Source: Klebsormidium nitens
Lineage: Eukaryota > Plantae > Klebsormidiophyceae
Length of the DNA stretch: 64,000 nucleotides
Direction of reading: 5' to 3'
Assembly: GCA_000708835.1 (NCBI GenBank)
Contig: DF236955.1
Coordinates: 62,001-126,000, forward strand
Numbering within the stretch: position 1 is the stretch's first letter; each line of letters starts with the position of its first letter. This document shows positions 24,491-35,700 of the stretch, in pieces. A program made the translations under genes and the position numbers. The notes under the pieces are model-generated. The model saw nothing but the letters and a program-made list of their open reading frames with translations, made no database searches and had not been told where the DNA came from.

Positions 24491-25729
24491 GGAGAGCTGA
24501 ATACCGTTCCCAAGCAGTGCTAGCCTGAATCTCAGAGCTGCTTCCTGCAATATCCAGGTAAATGGATGTGCCAACGTCGTTTGATCGACAATCTGCTCAG
24601 AATACATTACACACAAGTGCAGTGGCAGGGAACGAGCATGAGCAGATATTTGTGAGCATAGACGAGGCATAGACTTCGCCCAATGGATCAGGAAGAAGCA
24701 AACGGCATCAAGTCCAGAAAGCTCCAAATCGCTGATAGATGCTTGCAATGGGTAAACATGATCTGGACACTGGAGCTTCAGAGCTTGCATCTGTTGCATG
24801 AATGTTGCATAAGGAGAACCCGCAATCGATAAAGAAATGGTACTCCCGTCACACCAATGAAGCGCAGCTCCGGGTGCTTCACCTCAGCTCTGCACAACTG
24901 GTGCAGAATAAGCCCCTTTCACAATCGCAGCTCTTGATCCTGCAGCAAACCTCCAGGGGCTTCTGAGCTTTTCGGCCGTAAGACAATCACCAACACTCTT
25001 ATATGCTGATCTCTCTATTACCGCCACTACAGAAACAGCACCAAGGCAGAGTATGACAAGCTAAGAGAGAGCTACAGGAGGGTGGTTTGAGCTTGGATAT
25101 CGGAGGACGGACGAGGGAGATCTTCATTTCACTGATTGGAAGCCATTGTCGCCAGTGCTGGGGAAGCGCCTATTCGCACGTGCGGCGTCGATTGGATCCA
25201 CTTTGAGGAATCCACTTATAAGGGGCGTTCCGTTCCGGGGAACGCCGGTCGCTGAAGTGGGATTGGCAGCCGTCGGTGACGATCCGTCAGCGATTTGACC
25301 GTCGATCTCAAAAGCTCAAAAGAAGATCGACGTACGCTACGCAGCTGTGAGTTTGACTCCGCCTTGGTGGTCGGTTGAAAGTTGAGTTCACCGCGTACGG
25401 CAGTCCGTAAGTGCACCGGGGGCCAGGTGCAAGCTACGGGGAATCATCAATTCCCTGTGAAATTGTATGACCTACGCCGCGCAGCGCCTGGATCTCCGCG
25501 TCCTACAACTATTCTGTCTCCAGAGTCACTGGCGAACAGGTGTTGGACTAAAATTGCCTCGCCTTGAATCCTTGAAAGAATACGCTGTGATAACATGTGC
25601 GCCGCTCTGCGGGTGACCCAAAAAGGAAACATTTTTGCGAGAATCGAACTTGCAACTTGAGGCATTTGGAACCGCGCGCTACCACTATGCTACGCCGACA
25701 TTACCCGGGCACCACCTTGTCCGTGGAAT

Positions 25730-25925
25730 AGCGGGTGCAAGGGGGTTTTGTAGGGGTACGCCCCTTTTATAGGAATCACGCGATACATGCTCGAGCGCCT
25801 CGTGGTTAGCGGCTAACCACGCGGGTCATGCCGCGTGCGGGGTAAAAAGGGTGTATAATTCCTCGTAAGTCGAGGTCGTCGCCGCCTCCCAGGGGCCGCC
25901 GTGCGGTTTGGCACCCGCGCTCCGG
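25730..25925. repeat. Small nested inverted-repeat (cruciform) element
   Basis: Perfect 10-bp stem CGTGGTTAGC-G-GCTAACCACG (25801-25821), flanked by mirror pairs ACGCG..CATG / CATGCCGCGT, TACGCCCCTTTTA / TAAAAAGGGTGTA and GCGGGTGC / GCACCCGC. Confidence 0.7.
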
Positions 25926-25943
25926 CGACCATCGCCAGGTATA

Positions 25944-26388
25944 GGGGCCTATGCACACCTGGGAGGGGGGTTTTTGCCCAGAAACGGGGTTTTGCTGACG
26001 TTTGTCGGAGACTCGAGATCCAAGCTCGGGAGCAACCCCGAGACCCTATGCACACCGGGTTGCGGGATGTCGGGTTTCCGCTCCTCAACGCGTTGTGTAC
26101 CTAACCGTGTACAGTTTGTGTACGGACCGATCGAAGCCCGCAAAAGTACGTTTGGCGCGTTCCATCGTTCCCCCGTGACATCACCGAGACCCCGACTTTC
26201 GATCGAAACCCCGCCAAAGGGCCGGGTCTCGGATTTTGGAAAATTTCTGAGACCCGGGTCTCCGACACGTCAGCGAGACCCCGACTAGTGTGCATAGCCC
26301 TAAAGGGGTGCCGGATGTCGATTTCGAGACCCGGGTCTCCATTTTACCAGAGAAACCCCGACACCCCCCTCCAGGTGTGCATAGCCCC
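25944..26388. mobile_element. MITE, 445 bp, ~25-bp TIRs, TA target-site duplication
   Basis: TA|GGGGCCTATGCACACCTGGGAGGGGGG ... CCCCCCTCCAGGTGTGCATAGCCCC|TA; the TIRs differ by two 1-bp indels. Internal CTATGCACAC copies at ~26046 and ~26288; GAGACCCGGGTCTC palindromes at 26249 and 26326. Confidence 0.85.
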
Positions 26389-26648
26389 TAGGAGTCCCAC
26401 GTCTCCAGCTGATGAGCGTGGTGTCCTTAGATTGTTCATCCTTTTTAATCTAGAATGAACTTGTGAAGCAGAGCTGCTATATTAGATCAGGTTGGCAAGG
26501 TGCGATTGCTGGTGCAGTTGCTTTCACCACTACAAAGATTCAACGTGCTGCTTGCATTCATTTCTGCCACAAGAACAGAAGAAGAACAGGAACTGAGAGC
26601 ATCTCCATCCGCTTGCTATCTTTCCTGAAAGCGGGCAGCTTGAGATCC

Positions 26649-29600
26649 ATGGAGCATTATGATATCGGAACAATGCGTCCGGCTGTGTATGGCATCAATG
26701 AGCTCGAGCAGGATGCAGCCGCAGGCTGTGAGCAGATACAGCAGCAAGTGCTGCGTGGCATCCTGCTTCTTCATGAGAAGACAGAGTATCTGCAAAGGTA
26801 AGGACTAGTTGTCTTTTTGCAGCATTTTTTTTTATGGGTGCTGTCTGCGGTGCTGTCTCAACATTTCTGTTCTGTGCTGTGAAAGAGCCTCACCCCATTT
26901 AATGCATGTCAGGGAACTTCTGTTTCAAAGTTTTGTTCACATCTTGATCCTAAGGATTCAGATGCTGTCAAGCACCACCACCGCTTCGGAGCTGGAGAAG
27001 GGACAAGGTTGCTTGATGAGCACTCACAGTTTTTGGATCTGTGACTTGCGTCAAACCTTAATGCCCCATTCTTGCAAAGTCTGCTTGCGGCCAAGTCCTC
27101 TGAAGTTTGAGGTCTTTGAAGAATCTTTGAGGTTGCAGATTGGCTTCATTCTTGGTTGCTGGAAGCAGTCCCAAGAAGTACATGATCCTGCACGGAACAG
27201 ATCGGCAGTCTGCCGGATGCTTAAGAATGTGTTCTGAGACCCCTTGGGGTCCACTTTGAGAGTAGCGCATACAACGCACAGCGTGTATATTTAAGGAGCA
27301 TGTATCCCTTTGGGGGGTAAATTGGACCTTGCTGTCCAATTCACTTTGGAAGCTGCTGGTTCATTATTTTGGTTCAAAGAGTTTACTGATGGCAGTATCA
27401 TGTTCTCAGCAGGAGATTGTAAAGGAGCTTGTGTAAGAAGGCAGTCAGAGAGCTGTTATATGAAGGGAACCAAAGATCCATCTCTTCTGCAAATACATTA
27501 GACAAGTCTCCGTCAGATGACTTAACCCCCTCAGTCCCCACAATTCGTCTGCAATCAGTAGACAAGTCTCCGTCAGTTGACTTTACCCCCTCAATCCCCA
27601 CCAATACCCTTCTCTTCTTGATTTAGAAGAGAGTAGGATAATTACGGAGCTTATGAGAGATAGAAACAGGTAATATCAAGGAGATACTAAAGACCCTGCT
27701 TAGTAACATGCCTAAGGGATGACATAATCAGTCCATGTTCCTGGAAAAGCTTGTTTAACCGAGTCCTTTCTGGATGCCCCTTCCTGCAAAAAGTGAAGGG
27801 CCAGAAGTGCGCTGTGACTTTGCAATTCGGAGTTCCCATCTACTTTGTGTCTAATGGTTTTGGCCTTTTCTTGATAACCTTTTCTTGATCAGGGGCTGAA
27901 CAGGAACTTTGTGGTCTGGGACAAAAGAGTCCCAGACCACACTCATGCATTTTGTTATCCGTTCTTGAAACCTACAAACCAGATAACCAAACGTAACAAA
28001 ATCTATCAGCAATTGTCCCGTGCAACAGAAAGTGAACCACAATGGACTCTGTTGAAACAATTGGCACCACATTCGTGGCGCTGTCTTATATCTGAACCCT
28101 TCCTTCGCTTTCCTGTGCAGCTTCACAGCCTTTCCAATGGCCTGACGTCGCAGCTGCATTCTTTGATCCCCTCAAAGATGACGTCATGCTTTTTCCCGCA
28201 GGTACAACCTGGGGCCTACATCAACTGCGGAGGATTTCAAGGCGTTACACCCAGTCTGTGACTACCCGCACTTTCGGGAGTGGGTTGAGCGAGAGGCCTC
28301 TGGAGAAGCCGAAAGGACGAGCAACCAGATACTCTGTGCCGAGAAGATCTTCCAGTTCCTACTCTCGTGAGTCGTCTCAGTTTTGGCCCTCTGATCTTCG
28401 GGACATGTGGCTCTGAAGTTTGTCTTTAGACGAGTTTGGAAAGATCGATCTATATTTTGGTATTGAACTGTCATCTGCAAGGATAAAGCTGCCCGGGTAT
28501 TCAACCTGAGTGCCTCTGAAATTCTTCCGAAGCAAAGATTCTGAATTCAGGTGCCCCTCACACGTGGACTATTCATCCGAGTCCACGAGCTACTCTTGAG
28601 ATTTTTATGTGTCTTCAAATGATCCTCCCACTAATAATCCTTCTACCAGACGTCACTTGCCTTCTACAATGTCATTTTGACCGTCGAAAAGTAGGCTGTC
28701 GACAAGTGCGATTAAAAGAAGGATAATCTGTCGCGAATGTTGTTCTTTGCGTTCACGAGTAAGATCATAGCTCGTTGATCCTTGACTTAAAGGAGATTCT
28801 CGTAGGTCGAGTCAACACGGAGGGTTGTGCCTACCTTAAAAACATTTTTCGCCATCGATCTCTTCCTCGTTCCGGCCGTACAGTTCCGGCACGACGTCTG
28901 GGCGGAAGCTGATTCCGGAGACAGTGGGATCCATGACCCGCTCGGTGCGGTTCGGCCAGTTGACAAAAACGTTGATCCAGCGGTGAGATACCTTCCTTCT
29001 CACGCATCTTACTAGAATCTGGACAGCGACCAGGTGCCAGTTCACCAGTTTCTTCGTAGATCTTGACTGGACCGGATTCCCTTCGAGAATAGGGCAAGTC
29101 TCAGTGACTCACCATATGAATCCCCTTTGAAGTTGTGGAAGCTTCTCTCGCAGCCATCCTTTTGTGCTGCACTTGTCTACTTAAAAAGAGTACGCTAGTC
29201 TGCAGACAAAGGATCCGGCATGCTTTCCGCAAGGTATTGCAGGATTTAATACTTGACTGATTGCTTGGGCGTCCATTTGATTGGCCATGATTTATTTGAG
29301 AACGCGTATTGTCTTTCACTGTATTCTGAGAACTGCGAGCATTTCAGTCTTCGATATTTAGGCACACTGCTGCGAAGTCGATTTCAACAGTTCGTGGCAG
29401 AACCCCAGATGAAGGATTCCTCTGCAAGAAAATCAACATTGTTTCTTCGCAAGGCAACGTTGAAACGGTGTTCAAGTTCACGGCAGCATTGGGAAGAGCA
29501 TCCCAGAACCGAGACTAACCATCAACCTGTCAAGTTTTTCGAGGGCCCGTTCTTCCTTTCTACCTCTCCGTCAGACCTGCTATCACCAGACAGTCAGAAA

Positions 29601-31751
29601 CAAGAGCGATGATCTATATCAACCGGTTCGGTTTAGAGCTTAACAATCTTTTGGGAGTCTCTAACCATCTTTTTGTTTTCATCTTCTTTCCAGGCACTTC
29701 GGAGCCGAATCCACCGACCACAGCCTCCGCCTCGTCAACTGCAGCGCCCCGCAGATCCTCCCGGGAGGGTTACCGGCCATCCCGATCGTAACCGGGCTCA
29801 TTAATCTCGCGCTCAAGTACGACCTGCCACGTGTCCTTCGTGAAGACTGCTCGCCGCCGGAGGTTTACACCCACACGCTGCACGACGAAGCCTCCTACTG
29901 CCACGTGTTGTGCGCGCTCGCGGCGCGGGGAAAGCTGACCGCCCTGAGGACGACGTTTGCGGTAACCCTGGTTACGGCGCTAACCGACCTGGAGCTTAAC
30001 TGGGCGCAGTTCATGCACGACATCAGGACGGGGACGGTTAGCGAGGAGCGGATTTCGTCGGCGGTGGTTAGGGATGCGGTTGCTCGACGGATTGGGGCGA
30101 ACCCCGGGTTAGCGGACGCGTTGGAAGCGGAGTTTCGGGAGGGGTTTGAGGGCATCGTGCCACGGATTTGGCCGCGGGTTAAGTTCGTGGAGTGCATCTT
30201 CACGGGGCCGATGACGGGTTACGTCGCGCCGCTGCGAAGGTGAAGACCGTCTTTCCGGCCGTCTTTGGCGAGTGATTCCTGGTTCTATCAGCAACTTCAG
30301 ACTTGCGTTACCCTTCGAAGACAGTGCTCGAGGTCGCTAATTTTAGAGACCGCAACATTTCACAGGTTTTTTTTTGTGACTCCCAAACCTCGATTCATCG
30401 GGAAGGTATTTATGTGCGCTGCTCGTGCCAGCGTTTCGGACTGGCGCCAGCTGACGAAGCTCCCATCTCCTTCTCATTTCAGGTCCTTTTCACCTCAGGT
30501 CCTCTTCTCTTTCTGCAGCTCCTGTCACCATCTCGTGCCCTTCTCAGGCTAACCCATCCTTCCCCATGTCGCTCTTAGGGACACTTCGCTGCCGGGTTAG
30601 TCAGACTGAGTACCAACGAAACAACAGTTTTTCAAAAAAGAACCTGCTTAACCACGCCCTCGAAAACCTCTGCCAGGTTCACCGGGCCGGACCTGCCCCT
30701 CGTCAGCCTGACGTACGCCTGCTCCGAGTCGCTCGTCGGCGTCAATGTCGACCTCCGAGATGAGCCGAGCAGCGTCCGCTACACGTTGCTGCCCCGAGAA
30801 GCGTTCTGGGAGTTCATTCCGGTGGACGAGTCCGATGTGGACGGACAGACCGGAAACAGATCGGTCGAGGATGGAACAGCTTTCGTCGGAGAGAGCGGAA
30901 GTCGTTGGGCTGAGACCGATGATGACTTAGGAAGAGGGGCCGGGAAACAGAGTGGCGGGGAACGGGAGTCGAAGGCCCAAAGCAACGGAAACGGAACCGA
31001 TTGTCACGGAAACGCAAACGGGAGTGCGGATGAAGCGACCAGTGAGAACGGGAGTATTACAGGCGAAACCGAGTCAAGCGAGAACCCAATTGGAGTGGCA
31101 TGCGTCAAGACCGTGGGCATGCACGAACTAGAGCTGGGCCGCTGCTACGAGGTCGTGCTGACCAACTGGGCCGGGCTGTATCGTTACCGGCTGGAGGACG
31201 TGATAAAGGTCGAGGGTTTTTTGCAATCTTTGCCGCAGGTGTCCTTTCAGTACCGCCGGGGGGTGCTGAGCATTCAGGGGGCAACGGAACACATGACGGA
31301 AAAGGATCTGACCGGAGCGGTGCTTGAGACGGCGGAGGGGTTAGCGCTAACCGGGCGCCAGTTAGTGGAGTACACGACGGCTGTTGACACGGGTTGCGTC
31401 CCCCCCCGCTACACGGTGTTTGCGGAGATTGTTCGGTTGCGAAAAGATGCATCTGACAACGTGAAACTGGATCTGGAAAGTTTAGCCGCGAGCTTAGACG
31501 CCGCGCTAAGTCGTCGAAACTCGCTGTACGAGAACTCCATCAAGAAACACGAGCTATCGCCGCTTGAGGTGTGCCTCGTCAAACCGAGCACGTTCGAGGA
31601 GCTGTTTCGGTACCGGGTTAAGGAGCACGGGATCGATGCGGGGCAGTACAAGGTGCCCCGGTGTATCAAGTCGCAGGAGTTGAGAGAGATCTTTAAGAGG
31701 GCGACCATAGGCAGCTCGCTCGCAGTCAGCCATTGGTGCGAGCGTCAATAG
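26649..31751 (+). CDS. GH3: GH3-family acyl acid amido synthetase; exons 26649-26797, 28202-28366, 28884-28982, 29694-30239, 30677-31751 (677 aa)
   Basis: QQQVLRGILLLHEKTEYLQRY; LLSSGTTSGRKLIP (motif I); SYCHVLCAL; LPLVSLTYACSE (motif II); FWEFIP; YEVVLTNWAGLYRYRLEDV (motif III); GQYKVPRCIK. All junctions are phase 2 and consistent. Confidence 0.93.
27488..27605 (+). repeat. 60-bp tandem duplication in GH3 intron 1
   Basis: TAGACAAGTCTCCGTCAG(A/T)TGACTT(A/T)ACCCCCTCA(G/A)TCCCCAC x2, period 60. Confidence 0.9.
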
Positions 31752-32280
31752 ATGCTCAGCGCGCTTTGTTTTGATGTGTTTGTCGCTCATGCAGGGCTGC
31801 AGATAGATACAGGAAACTAGAGCAGAGAGTCGCACAGAGATATACGAGGACCTGCAAGCCCTTGGTCAGTTGTTTTGAGCATTGTTTTTTGACAGCAGCG
31901 AAACAGTCAAAAGATGCGCAAGCAGCCTTTGCGCTAGATTGCATGAAAGTGAGTCTCTTTCACAGAACTCACGCCGTAACTGGCTCGCTCGCGGATGGTA
32001 AATTGCAAGGGGGCAAAGGCTGATAAAAACGGAGTAGGCTGTCAGAGCCAGGCGCTATGACTTGCCTATAGTCCTTCGACGATACAGGTCGCACTTTGAA
32101 GTGCAATGGACTTTGAAACTTATTGCAATTCATTAGCGGAACATTAGCTCGAATCTACCAACACCACTGCTGCTGATCTTATGCTTAACGGTAGCTTCGC
32201 ACACATATGTAACGAGAGGGGCAGCTCTCATACTGCCGCCGGATGCGGCCGCCACTGTGAGTCCGACCGGCCGGCGAGTC

Positions 32281-32720
32281 TCTGCTATGCACTGGCCGCT
32301 GGCCAGTGGCGCATGCATATGTAGGTATGTTAAAAATAAAATGAGCCTGGCCCCGCGGGCCCGGGCCGGTGATTGCATATATTGACTTCAGATTGACATG
32401 TGCACATTAAACTCTTGAAATTCAGATCTCTGTACACGTGACTTAGTGCGGTCAGTGACCATTGCATGCGGGACCTGGGCAGCATATATCTGTTCGATCC
32501 GCGGCCTCAGATCAAGTATAACTCAAACTTCCATGGTCCAAACTTGAATCAATGCGCGCGGCCATGCGTTCGCGAATCGTCGTGCATGACAGGCCGTGCT
32601 GAAGACATATCGTTCAGGATTCGTCCTGAAGTTGGAATCATTCAGACGTCAACATCTCAGAAGCACAGTCGTCGGGATGTAAAAAGTCCTCTTATGTTGG
32701 ACATGGGTATCTGTACAAGT
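32281..32720. other. CATG/RY-rich island between the GH3 and DUF4211-gene 3' ends
   Basis: 7 CATG in 440 bp plus CATAT runs; GC core GGCCCCGCGGGCCCGGGCC; palindrome CACTGGCC-G-CTGGCCAGTG region. Confidence 0.5.
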
Positions 32721-32740
32721 TTCTTATAGTTGTTGCTGCA

Positions 32741-35700
32741 CTATACTACAATTCCTCCCTCGTCCAGCTCCTCGACCATCTCCAAGAACCTATCCTCCTC
32801 CGTCATCTCTTCCATGGTCACTAAGCCCTTTTTGCCATCCTGCGTCCGATCCCTGAAGCGCTCAGCGGCGTTTACAAACCGATTGATGTTTCGGTGCAAC
32901 CTCGAAATGACCTCGGTGGCCATCAGCGCTGCCGAGATTGCGTCTTCGCCCTTTAAGCCGGACCCCGCTTTTGCGAGAACCTTTCTAAGTCGCCGCGTAA
33001 AGCGCCACTTGTAGTGATGCAAGGCGTGGTACGCCATAGCCCGGGCGTAGCAGAACCGGCCCACCAAAAACTCCTCGCCCTCGTTCTCGTCCTCCTCTCC
33101 CTCGTTGTCGTTGTGCAGGCGGGAGGCAGCTGAGACCGCCATGTCGAACTCCCAAACCTCGCCCGGCCTGCAGATCGTGTACAAAAAATTTGGTTCATCT
33201 CGACAAGAGTCGAGTTCAGACAGCTTCCGTCCATGCTCCTGAAAAGAGACAAGGGCAGGGCAAAACCGGACGGCAAGTCTACCCACCAGGCGCACTCGGA
33301 TGTTATGCAAGCGAGAATTGACGAGTTGACTGCTTCAACATATGGGAGACTACGGAAGCAATTCGGTTGAGCGGGTTTGGCGGGAAACCCCTAAGGTTGC
33401 GGTCGGTCGAAATGGACCCTTGCAGGTGCCAGCATGTGGGCCCACGTTTCGAGCCAGGGTCTGGGCGAGTCATCCCCCTTCCACTTTTATCCAGAGTGCA
33501 AAGGGTCGGTGTCAGGTTCAGCCATTCATTCGGTTACAATTGGAGCAGATTGTGAACTGGAACGTATAACGGTCACATTAACGGGGTAAGTAACCTGATT
33601 GCACTCAAAAAAGGCGGCCAGAACCAGATTGCAGTACAGAGTCAGAGAATAACAAACCGAAAAAGATGCACTCATGGGACGAACTTGCCCTCGACAGGAT
33701 TGACCAAGGACGGAAGATCTCGGGCGGACGAGCGAAGCAAGACGTAGAGACAAAAAAAACGCGATTAAGGGGGCGACGTCATGGCTGAGCTCGATAAGAA
33801 GTGCAACCGTAAGCTGACAAAGAACATCAGGATAACCCCAGGCTCCCGACGAACCAATTCACACTCGGCGCGATTGCCCCTCACCTGAGCCGCTCCCCCG
33901 AGAAAACCATGATGTGAGTGGACGGGTGGTTCGCCCGGCCGCACGCCTGGCAGTCCTCGTGGTCCCGGGTGTCGCGGCACGCCAGCCCGGGGCGGCTGTC
34001 GAGCGCGCGCTTGAATTCCGGGGTCCATGCGGTGCTCTCGACCAGCTGCGTGCGGCGGGACGTCAGGGCCTCCTGCGAGCAAGCCGCAGCGCGTTTGGGG
34101 CGTTTGCGTTCGGTTCAGCGATACACTCCAAATCTGGATCGTCGGTTGTTTGGTGGCCCGGTTTGCAGTATACCTTGCCGCAATGCCCGGTTCCGACCTG
34201 GGCCGATTGCAAGATTCGACCCAAGCGATGCTCGTTGATGGCAACAGGTAACCGTTTTATCTGCTTTCGGTAGAAGGGTCCTTCGTTGTGTTCTGCTAAA
34301 ATCCTGATGAACTTGCTTGACAGGGCCACCTCCATGTCCCGACCTCTGCAGATTAGTCCGCGAAAGCTTTCAGATTTCGAGAAGCTTGCTTTGAAGGCTA
34401 GTTTGCTGTCCAAAAACTGGTATAAGAGAGACCGTTCGACTTTCCAAGTCCAGTCAGGAACGAAAAACAGTCTGGACTTCAAATTATCTCAAATGCGGCA
34501 GAAGAACAGTAGGAAGCCTCATCCGATCACTGTCTAGACTGGCCGGAGACTGACCGCTTCATTCTCAAAGAAGCTGCTCTTTTAGCAAAAGCACGGATGA
34601 TTAGCAGAACTTCAGCGGAGAACTCGAAGTTTAAGTTAAGCTTGGCCAAGTCAACTTATTGTTGTATGACGCATGCGCTGAGACTGCTAATTGCAGCGCT
34701 ACATCGGACGCCCTGGAATCACGGAATAACATAACTTCCAAAATCCAACCTAGTTTTAATCCAATCTGTATGCGTTCATCGTTTACATCATGTACCCCGC
34801 AAACTGCGCAGCTGTCAAAAGCACCCCGCATACCCATCGCTCACTTTATCAGTCATCTCCACAGCTCGCGCAGACAGTCAACTGTCCTCATTCCCCAGTA
34901 CAAGTACAGCTCGTACATAAAAATGCGAACAATCCGTTCCTTCCAAAGCTCACCTCACTTCTCCTGACCGACGCCATCAGCTCATCGTCCCGCCTCGCTT
35001 CCTTCTTATACTCCGGATCCTGTATCGTCCGCAGAACATACTCCACGAACATCTCAAAGTCCTCCTTCTGTACCACTTCTTCATCTTCGCCGGTCGGCTC
35101 CCCCTCGCTTTCCCCCCCCTCCGACGCCCCCTTCTCACCGCCCCCCGCTTCGGCTCCCTCGCCATACCCCTGGTAATCCCCGTCCTCGTCCGGAACGACG
35201 AAATCGGTCACGTCTTCCGTATCGTCTTCGTTTTCCTCCCCCTCTAGTTCGTCCTCCTCTTCCTCGGCGGTCAGCCCAAGCACCTTGTTCCGGTGATCAA
35301 TCATCTTCACGAGCACCTCGTCAAGTGAAACGTCACTCCGGCGCGACCGCTTTCCTCGCCCTCCCCCGCCGTCGATCTCGACCGCCGCTTCTGGCGCCTC
35401 CGCAGACACTTCATTTCCCGTTGATTCCGGCATCGCTGAACCATTCTCTTTCCCTCCCCCATCGAATTCCGCGTCCTTTCCCTTCCCAAAACCGTCTTCG
35501 CACTCTGCTTGGCCCCCAATCTCTGCGGCCTGGGTACCTTGCTCCTCATGCAAATCCGCCACGTCCTTCCCCCCAGCTTGCACAATGTTTTCGTCTATTC
35601 CGAAGTCGTGGTCGCTTTTCTTCCCCTCCACTTGCCCAACCCCTTCGTCCGCCGCTCTTGCCTCACTCTCTTCGTCCTTGTCTTCTTCCAGGAGTTCCAC

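Noticed and set aside
24320-24799. 159-aa minus-strand ORF
   Set aside because: No domain recognised, no coding-like codon bias, and it runs through the minisatellite.
34063-34482. 139-aa minus-strand ORF
   Set aside because: Lies in an intron of the DUF4211 gene, in a frame that does not fit the flanking exons, with no recognisable motif.
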